Both the position numbers and the translations under genes were made by a program. From contig CM052817.1 in the NCBI GenBank assembly GCA_028534125.1, forward strand, positions 93,374,001 to 93,438,000: 64,000 nt of DNA, read 5' to 3'. Every line of letters starts with the position of its first letter. Positions within the stretch are counted from its first letter, which is position 1. Below the pieces are notes generated by a model that did not search any database, had not been told where the DNA came from, and saw only the letters and a list, made by a program, of their open reading frames with translations. Positions 14,901 to 27,815 of the stretch are shown one piece after another. The DNA is from Lama glama. Lineage: Eukaryota.

Positions 14901-14902
<2 letters not shown>

Positions 14903-14943
<41 letters not shown>
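14903..14943. repeat. (CA)n microsatellite
   Basis: About 20 uninterrupted CA units. Confidence 0.95.
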
Positions 14944-14945
<2 letters not shown>

Positions 14946-17900
14946 CTTGATGTATTTAGCATCTCTGAGCCATCTTCAACATATCTCTCTCCTTCCCTTT
15001 CCATTATACTTACTCCATAATAACTCAGTTACTGTTCTAAGTCCACCATCCAGAAATAATCATTGCTAATGTTAGTGTGCATATTACTAATAGTTTAGTG
15101 TATTTCTAGTCTATTTTCCTTCTAGAAATTAAACATGATACCAGGGTGGGAGAGTCATGGGACCAAAACTCTGCTTCCCATTGAGAGGCTCATGAAGATT
15201 AAGAGTAGATGTAGAACATAAAGACACCATATTTCTTCTGGGTGGTGGGTTTAGAGTGATTTTCCTTTTTCTTTTTTATATTTTCTGTATTTTCACTGTT
15301 TTCTATAGTGAGTATATATCATTTTTCTAGAAAAAAAATTCACCATACATTTTATATATTTGTAAAATATGGTTCCAGGAGCAAAGAATCAGAAAACTGC
15401 TAAGCACAATATAAGCCTTTCTTCACAGCAGTAAACATAAATTGATTTCTAGGATTTCCTGCTTGTGATTATTTTGGACATAAACCATAATATAAAATTC
15501 AAACTGTAGTACTGTAAAAACACCTCACAACCAATGCAAAAGCTGTTATGTATCTGAACTTGAACGCAGAAGGTATTTAATGCTTAGGTCAATCAAAAGG
15601 AGCCCCTAAAGAATTTAAATGCTATCAAAACCCTAAGACTTTGTGTGTGTACAACCTCAAATGTAATATAAGTAGTTCCCATTGAGTCTAATGTCATATT
15701 AACTAAGAGACTAAGAAACTAACAGCAAGAGAATTGTTAGATGGCAGCTATGGTCAAGGCCAGACACCGTGTATGAGTGATGGAAAGTAACTGCTGCATC
15801 ATTATGTCCCTGCCAACATACACACTCCACGGCTGAGAAGGATAACATTTTCCTCGTTTATACATAAAGGTATTCGTTATGCAAAGAGGCAAAACTATGC
15901 ACACATGTGGTCCCTGCAAGAGACTCACGCTAACTTACTTTTAAGTGCGTATCAAACCCAGATGTGATAAAATTAATAATACACTCAAATGCATAATTGG
16001 AATTTCATTCTTACCACGTTAAAAAATGAAACACTAGTAATAATTTGTCTTTAAGATACAATTGTGATTATAAGCACACCTAATATTTCCTTAGTTCCCT
16101 TCCTTAACTGCTGTTTTCTTTCACAATTAAATCCATAGTCAAATTTAGGAAATCTTTATCTGTGATTTTATGAGGCTGAGATCAATCACAGCAGTCTTTT
16201 CAGTTTTCCACTTTCCACTCCCTTGGTAAGGGAGAAGCTATGTAACAAAATATTCAGATAATTCCCTAAGCACTCCTACAGAGAAATGGTAACACATCAA
16301 CTCAGAGAAGTGGACTGCATTTGGTCACCAACTTAAGTAGAAAAGTTTACATCTAGGCTGAAAAGGGAGATTAAAAGGGTCAATGTATCATGAAAGTGTA
16401 GGATTTCCAAAATCCAGACTTCACAGAAGTCAAGGACTGATCATGTTTGCAAATTCATCATCTTGGTAATTAAGAGGGGACAGCTCGCTTTTGTAAAATA
16501 TTTTGTAAAGTATTTACTATTTAGTCCTTTAAGAAAAAGTTTAAAAAAAAAAGAAAAAACAAAAAAAGAAAAAGTTTTTGTGAATCCTGATACACAGCTA
16601 AGTTCATACTGTATTTACTGACTTTCCTAAAAAAGAAAAGAAAATGCTGTATATCTGTATCTATCTGTCTGCCTGCCTGTCTGTCTGACTGGCTACCTCT
16701 CTATCCATCCATAACTATCTCCATCTGTCCATAAGTTCTACACAGAACAAAATATGAAAAGGGACTTACTGACAACTTATATTTGCTCCTCATTTACTTA
16801 TTGCTCTTCACCAACTAAAATGATACAATTTAGTTAATATTTCTTTCAAAGATTCAGAAAATAGTTGTTTTGGTTCCTTAGCAATGTAAATGACCATGAT
16901 ATAAAGTTGCCCTGGCAACTTTTTTTTTTCTTTTGGAGGAAAAAACGGCAAGCTTTAAAAAAAATTAATAATAATTAATTAACAATTAAAATAATTGATA
17001 ATAATTCCCTCAGGATAGATTTCCAATTGTGCAAATGAAGTATTTTGCACTCTTTGCAAGTACTGAAAGACAAACAGCACTACAGCACCCATAGTCTTCA
17101 TCAAACAAGGTGAGAAAATCTATTGAAATTGTGCTGTTGGGAGGAAGGCTGAGGCGAGTAACATACTTCCTGGGATCTGCATAAGATGAGGGGTAAAAGG
17201 GGCTGAGAAAAGAACTTCAGAGTAAAGCTCTGTCTAGCCTGGAGTTTCCCCCCAATCAAGAAAAATGTATCAAGTCCTTTTGCAGAAGGATGTCCCATTC
17301 TTATATTCTCAATTTAATTTATTATATTATGTTATATCATATTAAAATATAATTTAATGATTACATTATATTAATTAATACTATAATTATCTTTTTCTCT
17401 GTCTGATTTCCCCTAAAATCCAGATTCTGTTTGTTTTCTTTTTTTTCCCCCCTCACTTGGACATACAGCATTAGTGCACTCATTCCTGTCCTAACAAATA
17501 TTGTCAATACTGCCCTGTCCAGAGTGTGCTCACTGGCCAAGGTCAATATGGCATCCCTCCGGACTGCAGAGACCACAGGGGTACAGTGCTATCAGGTAAC
17601 TCTTTTTGAGCATATGTTGGAATACCAACTTTTGTACATTTCACACTCTGCTGTATTTCAGCAATTACAAAATGTTAACTCAAAAATATTTGCTAATTTT
17701 CTGAGTTTTAGAGCCCTAACAGTATTTGTAGTATAATGAATGAGGTATAACAACAGCATTTTTAGTCACTAGAGGTTTATAAGGCAGAGAAACAATTGTT
17801 TCATTAGTCATGGTTCAGAAATATTCTTATCAACAATCAGCTCTCAAATCCTTCTGTTGTACTATAGCAACAGATTTAATTTTGTTGTATTAACAATACT

Positions 17901-18104
17901 GTACATTTCACATAGCACACTTTATCAATCATCTCAAAGAGTTTTTAGAACAACAAATATCTGAAAGTCTTGTTACAGATGAATAATCCAAAGAAGAGTC
18001 AAGTAGGAATTTCCTATAGAAATAGTAATCAAAATTAGATGAGGTAAAGACACACAGATTATAAGCAAGCTCGAAGTTCAGATTATTGGCTAGATACCAA
18101 GTTT

Positions 18105-18408
18105 TACAACAGAAATATAATGCAAGCCATAAATGAGAGTCACACATGTAATTTAAAAGTTTCTCATAGTCATATGTAAAAAGTACAAAGAAAAGTACAT
18201 AAAATTAACAATATATTGTATGTAACTTCAATATAGCCAAAATGTTAACATTTCATTATGAAATCAGTCTTTGTTTGTTTGTGTGCAAAGAATTCAAAAT
18301 CTGGTATGTATTCTACACTTCCAGAACATCTCAAATTGGATTAATCACATTTCAAGTGATTAACAGCCATACAGGGCTCATGACCATCATACTGGACAAT
18401 GCAGGTCT
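18105..18408 (+). mobile_element. MER33-like hAT-Charlie MITE
   Basis: aaatataatgcaagccat...cacatgtaatttaaaagtttct...acatctcaaattggattaatcacatttcaagtgattaacagccata...atactggacaatgcaggtctaga. Confidence 0.75.
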
Positions 18409-18504
18409 AGACTTTTATGTTATTATCATACTTAAAGAAAAAACACACGTTTTATAGAAAAAAATAAATAATGCAAGAGGCAACCATAAATCATTTTCTC
18501 TTAC

Positions 18505-18652
18505 CTACACAAATCTTCTTTGATTTGAAGAGAGATCAATTCCTTAGGAATATGAAAAGAAAGTATGCTCTCTGACATCTGCTCCCGGATTCGCATCCAC
18601 TTATTGTCAGATGTGGGAAATCTATATAATTTACACACTGGATTCTTTAACA
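18505..18652 (-). CDS. INPP4B: INPP4B internal coding exon (148 bp): (V)[48 protein letters not shown](R)
   Basis: Minus strand reads ttttatttttttctcttcccAG|tgttaaag...ttgtgtag|GTaaga, with a strong pyrimidine tract and donor. The translation is nearly identical to human INPP4B. It splices in frame (AG+A = Arg) to exon 134-264 across an 18.2 kb intron. Confidence 0.97.
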
Positions 18653-20140
18653 CTGGGAAGAGAAAAAAATAAAAGCTTGATAGTTAAATTACAAAGATAT
18701 GCACTTTAGATCAAGTTCAATGAACAAAATCATTAATCAGGGTACTGTTCTAATTATTTATCTGATCAAAAATTTAAAATCATAATCCATAAGGTATTTG
18801 ATTTTCTAAGATTTTACTCTTACATCTTTGTTTCAGTAGGTTCTAGGACATACAGTCTTCATAAAATTTAAAAAATGATACATTAAACTCCAAATAAAAA
18901 ATGTGGCTACTGTTCTCTGATTTACCACCTAGTAACTCCTTTCTCTTCTAAAGATGTTCTTGAAGCATATGTATTTATAAATATAGATAAAAATATATGA
19001 ATTTATATATCATACCTACTTTGAAAACATATATTTCTGAATTTCTTCCAATCACTGTTAGTCAACTTTACCCACTTATATAGTAGGTGACAACTGATAT
19101 GTTATTTTAGGGGTTTTAAATGACCCTACTACAAAAGTGATTTATTTCTTAAGTGTCAGAATGGTTCATTCCTTGGCTTAAGATCTACTGCAATTCAAAT
19201 ATTGTGCATAATTTAGTGCCAATAAATCAATAACATACTTTCCAGAAACCATATATTATCAGAGGCCGGGGGGCTATGAACAAACTGAATATTTGGGGTG
19301 CATGAGCAGTGATTTGGGGAGAAGGAACATGGTCATGTCATCAAGGATTTAAAAGATTTAAAGAAAACGTGTTGGGCTATTTATTAAGATAATATTTGAT
19401 GTTTTTTCTATGAGGCCAGCACTCCCATTGCACTCCCAAGCCCTAAATTTCAGGGCAGGATTTTATTTCCATAGCTGTTGGGCAATGGATATATTGTGCA
19501 ATACAGCAAAGCTTAATGGACAACAAAATATCAGGTCAATCACCAGTCAAGTTATCTATGACTGTTTGGCTCCAGTTTACCAAGAAAGCTGATTAAAAAC
19601 AGAATTTGATGTTGAAATGAATGTAAAGCTCTAAGCAATGCAGAGCCTGGTATGTGGCTCAAGTCTCCTCAATGCATAGGGTAAAAAGCCTTTCAACATT
19701 TTAGGTTTCTATAAGACTGATCTCTTTCACTACCTGAGTAGATATATACATATATCTGAACATTAAAATGAGGATCTATTCATCCATCCTGCAACCACCC
19801 ATTCTCAGAGGTCCAGTCTGGACATTAGAATTATCAGAATTAATACTGCATCAGACATCTTGATTTCAAATATCTGATTCTCTAATGACCAGATTCAAAG
19901 TTCCCAGCACACTTATCTACCCCCGTAAGAATTAGCCAGAATGTTCACTTTTCCAAAGCACTAATAGAAGCTAGAAGACAGTCGAATATCTCCAGGATGT
20001 TTAGAGACAGTATTTTAAATCTAGAGTTGCTTGTCCAAAAAGGTTGTATTTTTGCCATAAACATGACCTCTAAGTTTTGTCAGTCAGCTTCTATCACAGA
20101 TCCATATATGAGGCTAATTATACTTCTTTTCTTTCTCTTT

Positions 20141-20666
20141 TTAATGAGGTATAATTGACATATATCATTATATTAGTTTCAGATGTACAACATAATGATT
20201 CAGTATTTGTATATATTGTGAAATGATCACCCAAATAAGTCTTGTCAACATCTGTCACCATACATAGTCACAAGTTTCTCTTGTGAACTTTAAAAATCTC
20301 TTAGCAACTTTCAAATGTGTAATATAGTAATATTAATTATAGTCATGCTGTACATCATATCCCTGTAATTTATTTATTATATAACTGAAAATTTTTATCT
20401 TTTGGCATCCTTCACTCATTCCACCATTCCACCCACCCCCTCCCCCGACTCCATCTCTGGCAATCACCATCTGTCCTTTGAATCTGAGTTCTTTTTTTGC
20501 TTGTTATGTTTTGTTTGTTTTGTAGATTCCACATATAATTGAGATCATACAGTATTTATCTTTCTCTGTCTGACATTTCACTTAGCATAATGCCCTCAAG
20601 GTCCATCCATGTTATCATAGATTCGTTATGTCAAGATTTCATTATTTTTATGGATGAATAATAGTC

Positions 20667-20707
<41 letters not shown>

Positions 20708-21258
20708 TATATATATATGCACCACACTTTCTTTATCCATTTGTCAGTGGTCACAGGTTATTTCCATGTTGTGGCTCTTGAAAATAAGGCTGTTATGAAC
20801 AATGGGATGCATGTATCTTTTTGAATTAGTGTTTTCATTTTCTTTGGATATAGACCCAGAAGTGGAATAGCTGGATCACACGGTAGTTCTATTTTCAGTT
20901 TTCTGAGGAACCTCCATACTGTTTTCCATAGTGGCTGCACCAATTTACATTCCCACTAACAGTGCACAGGGGTTCCCTTTTCTCACATCCTTGCCAACAA
21001 CACTTGTTATTTCTTGTCTTTTTGATATTTTCCATTCTAACAGATGTGAGGTGATAACTCATTGTGATTCTGATTTGCATTTCTCTGATGAATAGTTGTG
21101 TTGAACAACTTTTCATGTACCTGTTGGATATCTGTATGTCGTCCTTGGAAAGATGTCTCTTCAGATCCTCTGCACATTTTTATCAGATTGTTAATTTTGG
21201 TATTGATGTGTATGAGTTCTTTATATATTCTGAATATTAGCCCTTATCAGATATATTT
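20141..21258 (-). mobile_element. L1 (L1MA-like) 3' fragment: ORF2 C-terminus plus 3' UTR, with internal (TA)n(TG)n
   Basis: ORF-track peptides [37 protein letters not shown] and [18 protein letters not shown] are L1 ORF2 C-terminal motifs. The 3' UTR reads gaggtataattgacatat...gatgtacaacataatgatt. Confidence 0.93.
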
Positions 21259-22738
21259 TTTTAACAGAAATAAAATAAATTACAGCCAGTCAATGAAATA
21301 AATTATGACATTTCATTCATTTTTAGAGTGACAATATTTTAAAGATGTAAGAATTTTACCATATCCTCTATTGTCATATCTCTAGAATTGGAGAAGGAAA
21401 AATGTGTGTATGAAATTCAATATATTGTCAGTCAGGTAAACCATTTATGGGATCTCAGGAATTCTAATATAGCTAACATAGTAAACACATCCTTTTACAG
21501 TAAGACAAAAACTCAGTCTGGGAAATATCCAAATTTTTCCTAGTAACCTAAGTAAATATTCAATTACTAGGTTTATCTACAGTCAGTATATACACTGCTT
21601 TTTAACCTCTGTTTTTTTTTTTTTTCCTTCAAGATTACACAGACTCTCTGCATCACCCAAAACATGGTTAAAAATCTTTGGATTTTTCTTGTCATTTATA
21701 AAATAACTTTTTTTTTTTAGAAAATTTGTATTTTTAAATAAATTTCAAAATATAAAATTCTTCATTTAACTTGTTATCCCAAACTAGTCCTTCAACTTTT
21801 GATTTTAGTATTTTCATTTTAATGCTCTTCACTGTGTTCTAAATACAAAACTTTGTTGAAATAACTTAGGTAGAAATCAAAGACAGTGTGATTACTGGGG
21901 TATAGAATTCTCTTCTGACCACCCAATACACAACAAACATCCAAGGACCCCGTGGGAATGCAGCTGGTTCTTAAGGAAAATGTTTGGGGTGAACGAAAAA
22001 AAATTAGGCAACTTGATCTACCAAGAAAAGAAATTCTCCATAATGTCTCCTAACATTTATGCTATAGGTTCTAACCTTTTGAAATTCATAGATCTCCAGA
22101 CATTAATACTAAATTGTATATATTTATTAGGATCTCAATGTAGACCTAGTGGGATCCATTTTACAATGCAGTTTGATCCAGCAGCACTGCTTACTGAATA
22201 CCTACCATGCATAAAGCAAGAACTACTCTGTAGCCTGAGATAACATATAAGGGAGTATCATTTAGAAAATGAAACAAAAAAAAGGGCCTGACTTTTAATT
22301 ACCATGAAATTTGTTGCACGGTTACAAACAGACTAGATATGATGTTCTCAACACAAAATTTTGCTGGGATCAAAGTGGGGAAATTTTTGTCATCCTCACA
22401 TAAAAGAAAGGCATGGTATTCATGCTTCAAATATTGAACAGTGGGCCATAAATGATGAATGCTTTTGTCATTTTATAAATGCTTCTCCCCTATAGCAGAG
22501 ATACAATTTCAGCAGCTCTGCACACACACTCCAGCTGTGTAAATGAGCCCACTACTTTCAGCTCTGGCTCACGACTAATGCCAGGTGTTTCTCCTATAGA
22601 AGATGCATTTCTGACCACACAATAGGCTCAAGTCAGCAACAGCAACTAACATCTATTATAAATTCTTTTTAAAGAGAGCCCTGTCCATATTCATTTTTTT
22701 TTCACTGCTGTTGCCAAAATAATTGCTAACAACATCAT

Positions 22739-23238
22739 NNNNNNNNNNNNNNNNNNNNNNNNNNNNNNNNNNNNNNNNNNNNNNNNNNNNNNNNNNNNNN
22801 NNNNNNNNNNNNNNNNNNNNNNNNNNNNNNNNNNNNNNNNNNNNNNNNNNNNNNNNNNNNNNNNNNNNNNNNNNNNNNNNNNNNNNNNNNNNNNNNNNNN
22901 NNNNNNNNNNNNNNNNNNNNNNNNNNNNNNNNNNNNNNNNNNNNNNNNNNNNNNNNNNNNNNNNNNNNNNNNNNNNNNNNNNNNNNNNNNNNNNNNNNNN
23001 NNNNNNNNNNNNNNNNNNNNNNNNNNNNNNNNNNNNNNNNNNNNNNNNNNNNNNNNNNNNNNNNNNNNNNNNNNNNNNNNNNNNNNNNNNNNNNNNNNNN
23101 NNNNNNNNNNNNNNNNNNNNNNNNNNNNNNNNNNNNNNNNNNNNNNNNNNNNNNNNNNNNNNNNNNNNNNNNNNNNNNNNNNNNNNNNNNNNNNNNNNNN
23201 NNNNNNNNNNNNNNNNNNNNNNNNNNNNNNNNNNNNNN
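22739..23238. other. Assembly gap (500 N)
   Basis: A run of exactly 500 N, which suggests an arbitrary scaffolding spacer. Confidence 0.99.
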
Positions 23239-23299
23239 TACCTACCTACCTATCTTTCAATCTACCTATACTTTGCTCAAGGAGTACAGTAAAAGGGGC

Positions 23300-24060
23300 A
23301 CAGGAGTTGAGGACGTATGAGAAGAAATTGTGACTTCTCAGTGATGGACCATGGAATCTCAAATGGATAAGAAAAGAAGAGTGGATATGGGTGAGGAGGA
23401 TGGGCGGGTAGAAACATGACTTTGCAGTCAATGAGTTGGTGCAGTCAAAGAGCAACTAGAAGGAGTATACTGGAAACATAGGAGATGGAAATCAGAAAGT
23501 AGAATACTTAAATATGAACTTAAAGTTAAGACTCTGGGTCGGGGTGGGATTAACGACAAGACCAAGGGGATGACCACAGGAGTGGGTTGCTGAGGTAGGA
23601 CAGAGAAAAGCCTGAAAGACCAATGATCATCTGTGGTGTCCACTGAATCCCAAAATGTACAGGAGGAATAATGCTGAAGAGACACAGTGAACTGCAAGTT
23701 AAGATCTTCATGAAATGAGGGGAGGTCCACCCTAGTAATGCTGAGGACCCAGTGGTATGTCAGAAGCCATATGCCTCAATTCCGGGGAGTTTTCAGAGAA
23801 GGTTCATCCCGCAGCAGGTATGAACGGCAGCCACTTGGAGGGGCTGCAGAGGAGAGAGCCAGCTTCCAGTTAAACAAAGAGAAATGAATGAGGATAGGGG
23901 TCAGGGCTGAGGAAGGACCTCAGGGATCAGAATAAAGCTGGGGAGCAGAGGGCATCAGAGCCATAGTAGGGAGTGGACTAACAGGTAAAATGATGAGCAG
24001 CCATGTGGATGAAGGGTGACCTTGGAACACAGGGCTTCTGCGTGGTGACCAGTAACCCGA
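23300..24060 (-). mobile_element. L2 LINE ORF2 (endonuclease region) remnant
   Basis: The minus-strand peptide SFHEDL..FTVSL..Y...WDSVD...PQQPT...LSILLSDFHLLCFQYTP resembles the L2 endonuclease C-terminus (SFLEDF...PLSDHHLLSFQL). Boundaries are approximate. Confidence 0.6.
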
Positions 24061-25065
24061 GAATGAGTAACAGTTCCTGCCACAATAAGGAAACTGTTTA
24101 GCTAGGCAAAATATGCACGGGCAGACAGGGCAGCAGTAATTTAAAAATACTCTGAAGATCTGAAATTTCCCATTTTCTGATTTTTAACTTGTTCTGCTAC
24201 ATAGTCTTAAACAACGCATTACTAAATCATCTGGTAATTATTTTCGAGGTCAAAATGTGACTGATTCACAGTTAAATCGGTCTAGATAGAACAATACAGA
24301 TTTCTACAGAACTTCTTTTGTTAAAAGGAAGAAAAGTAGTTAAAGCAAAGTTCAAGATACCCTGCTGTATGGATACAGTATACTGCTTTTATTCATGCTA
24401 AATAGATTCTGAAGATCAGCAGGAATAAATCGAATGTCCTGCACCTGTTTTTCAACATAAAGTGCATGAGAAAGCCATTACTTGTTATCTGAATATCTCC
24501 CTTTTAAAACATTATTTTAAGATTTCTGATTCTAAGAAAGACTATCAATGAGGAATTAAAAGGTCATATCACATCTTTTTTAAAAATCCATGTAAGAAAA
24601 CAAATGGCTTTTGGTCTCTGGCAGACTGAAATTCTAACAGGAAGCAGAAAGGCAGTAAAAATGAAAAGTCACAGGATTAAAATTTTCAATTCAAGAGTGA
24701 GCGCTATATACCCTTCGGTAAATATTTGAGAACTGAATTGAAGTCTGTGTTCCAAATAAGTTTCACTAGCTTTAAATAACCCTGAATGCAGCTGTTTTCT
24801 CTTTTATTCTAAGATAAGGTCCTCAGAACTCAGCATTAGGATTGAAGAAAATCAGAATGCTTAGAGCAGAAAATAACCTTAAACATCACCCAATTCATTT
24901 TGTCGACACCGAGGCCCGGATTGTTTAAGAGGAAGGCTCAAGGTCACCTCACAGGTCATCAGCAGTGCAGATATTTAAGAATAGCAGAAACCAGAAGCCC
25001 ACATCTGCTTTTTTTAAAATTATTTCTGAAAACCAAAAGATGAAATTATGGTTAAGTCTTAAACG

Positions 25066-25857
25066 TATTTATTTTTAGCTTCTTGGTCAGTAAGTTGATT
25101 ATCCTTATCTGAAAAATCTTCATACAGTTGTGGTGTTCTGGTTCAACTCTCCCGAGCCCACGCCAAAGCTCTGCTCTACTTGATCTGTCTTCTGAGCAAG
25201 AGACTTTTGGGGATAATCCTAGCCCTTCTTTTTAGCTTTTTCCGTAGGTGTCTTCTCAGAGATTAGATCCTCTCATACGGCGGCATGGACTTCCTTGTAC
25301 ACCCCCTCTGTGACTGGAGTTGCCTCCTTTATGTACTGAGAGAACTGTCTCTTTTAAGCATCACATTTCCTTCCATGTACAATCTGCAATGTTTTGATTC
25401 ATGATGTGCTTCCAAAGTAATTCTGCCTCGAATTCCCTGCTTTCTGAACCATAATCAAGTAATTGTTCGGTTCTGTGAGGGATGGAAAATCTTCTTTCCG
25501 CAGCTCCCTTCAGAGCGCCCCAAACTTTATTTCCAGGGGTAGTTCCGGTGTGAACTGCATCCAGATGCAAAAATACTTCCACCCCATACTTTGAGAGCTC
25601 ATGAATATAAGTTACACAGACCAGCTCAGCCTCTTTAATGCAGTCATAAGCAACCTGACAAATGACGTCTCTTCTGGTTACACGGACCATCATCCCACAT
25701 CTAAGTGTAGGGTACTTATTTTTATCCTGCGTTGCTAACCATTTCCAAGCACAACAATCAGTTTTACCTTCTTGTAAAGTTCATTTGGTATCTTTTGAAA
25801 TAGGCCTTATTCTTGACAATTTTAATAACCCTATTCCTTGAAGCAGAGAAGCAGAGA
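25066..25857 (-). pseudogene. RPL5: RPL5 (uL18) processed pseudogene with internal deletion
   Basis: Intronless. The minus strand gives IKIVKNKAYFKRYQMNF..KTDCCAWKWLATQDKNKY..MMVRVTRRDVICQVAYDCI..HELSKYGVEV//LDAVHTGTTPGNKVWGALKGAA..SIPHRT..YGSESREF..KHIMNQNIAD, collinear with RPL5. The start codon is mutated (ATA) and there are frameshifts and stops. An RPL5-like 3' UTR (gatttttcagataaggataatcaactta) and an A-rich tail follow. Confidence 0.95.
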
Positions 25858-26006
25858 TTCATGTCTATGGCTCACTACAGATGTACAGCAATGGTGATAA
25901 CTTTTATAATATAATTTTTAATGATGACAACAAAGAAAACACAGTTAATCTACCGGGGATATGACTTTAAAGTATATTCAAAGAACTCTATCGGAACCGA
26001 ATCCCT

Positions 26007-26362
26007 CTTTGCCTTAGCCTGCTCAGGCTGTTCTAAGATACCATGGTCTGGGCAGTTTAAATAGAAAATGTTTCCAGAAGCCCATGATCAGGGTGCCAGC
26101 ATGGCCAGATTCTGGTGAGAAATCTCTTCCTGACTTGCAGTCAGCTGCCTTCTCCCTGCGCCCTCACATGGCAGAGAGAGCGCACACAAACTCCCTGGGG
26201 TCTCATCTTAGAGGAGCACTAATCCCATTGTGAGGGCCCCACCCGTATGAACCCATCTCACCTCAGTTACTTCCCAAAGACCCCATCTCCAAATACCATC
26301 CCCATGGAGTTCGGGGCTTCAACAGATGCAGTTGTGGGGATACAAACATTCAGTCCATTGCA
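26007..26362 (-). mobile_element. MLT1A-like MaLR solo LTR
   Basis: gatcagggtgccagcatggccagattctggtgag...ctcacatggcagagagag...cactaatcccattgtgagggccccacc...cccatctccaaataccatc...acaaacattcagtccattgca. Confidence 0.85.
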
Positions 26363-26873
26363 CTCTTAAAACTTCAAACTTTAAAAACTACTAGAATATA
26401 ACTTAACACTGGTCATTGTTCATTACTTTTTGTTTCAAACACAGCAAACTCACTTGAATTACACTTGCGGCTCTCAGGAAAGTTTTATCTTAATCCGACT
26501 TTGATTACCGACTCTGGCATCTCTTCCTTTAAATAAGTCCATTATTGCAAACCTATAAATTGTTGCGCCTATGAATTCTTTTCTCTCTTATTCACTCTGT
26601 TTTTTTCTGAAACTTACTAGCAATATGGTATTGGACAATTTACTTAACACTTTTAAGCTTAAGTTTCTCATTTATAAAATGGCGACAATAATACTTCCAC
26701 CTTATAAAATATTTTGAAGCTTAAACAAGACATTCTGTGCAAACATTCAGTAACCACTATTTTGTTGGAGGTGGTACTTGGTGGTGGAAGCAGTGGAAAA
26801 GTGAGGGGACACAATTATTACTAGTGTTTTAAAATCTGGAATATTGCTTGGGTTTATCCTTTGCCTTACTGAT

Positions 26874-27815
26874 TGTGAAATAATAGAAAAATATACATAG
26901 AGAGAGGTCTCTCATCCCAGTTCTTGGCACAGAACTCCTAAAATCCTTATAATTCCCCAAGTGATAAGTGCACTAGGAGAATCATTTGTGCTCAGTGTTG
27001 GGCTTTGACCCTGGTTCCTGACACAGATCTCCTAAGTCGCTTGGACTTTCCAGGATGATAAGAGTATTTTTTGTTCAAATGAGTCCATGGTTGGTGGGCT
27101 TCTGGATGGGGGATGGTCACCAGAAAGACCAAGACAGGATTGGCAGCTTGGAACTTTCAGCTCCACACTTTGCCTTCGTCGAAGGGGAGAGGGGCTGGAA
27201 ATAGAGCGAATGCTCGATCATACCTATATGATGAACCCTGCATAAAAGTCTCAAATTACAGGGTTCAGAGAGCTCCTGGGTTGGTGAAAGCATTCATGTA
27301 CTGGGAACGTAGTGCCTCCCAACTTCACAGGGACAGAAGCTCCTGCTCTCAGGACCCTTCCAGACCTTGCCCTATGGATCTCTTTATCTGGCTGTTCATC
27401 TGTATTCTTTACGATATCCTTTAGTATACAATAAACTGGTAAACGTAAGTAAGTGCTTCCTGGAGTTCTGTGAAGTGTTCTAGAAAATGACTGAATCCAA
27501 GGACAGAGTCATGGGAAGTTCTGATATGTAACCAAGTCGAACAGAGGTTGTGGGTAACCTGGGGACCTACTACTTACCTATGACTGGCATCTGAAGTGGG
27601 GGGCAGTCTTATGGGGCTGAGCCCTAAACTTGTGGGGTCTGCACTAAGCCTGGTTAGTTTCAGAATTAAGTTGAATTGTGGGACATGCAGTTGGCATCAC
27701 AGAGAGTTGCCTGGTGTGGGGAAAATCCCACACATTTGGTGACCAAAAGTGTCAGAGGTGAAGTATTCTGTGTGAGTCATAAATGAAAAACACACAGGAG
27801 TGTTTTTCCTTTATG
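26874..27815 (+). mobile_element. MER21-family solo LTR with 5-bp TSD (CTGAT)
   Basis: Starts TGtgaaataat and contains gatggtcaccagaaagaccaag, aataaactggtaaacgtaagtaagtg, gactggcatctgaagtggggggcagtctt and cccacacatttggtgacc. CTGAT is present at both 26869-26873 and 27816-27820. Confidence 0.85.

Noticed and set aside
22723..23292. Long ORFs spanning N runs (also 41007-41768)
   Set aside because: These are artefacts of translating assembly gaps.
25361..25693. 110-aa ORF as a functional RPL5 paralogue
   Set aside because: It is flanked by frameshifts and a mutated start, and carries many radical substitutions at conserved RPL5 positions, consistent with neutral decay.
27113..27424. 103-aa ORF
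   Set aside because: It lies wholly inside the MER21 LTR and has no recognisable protein similarity.
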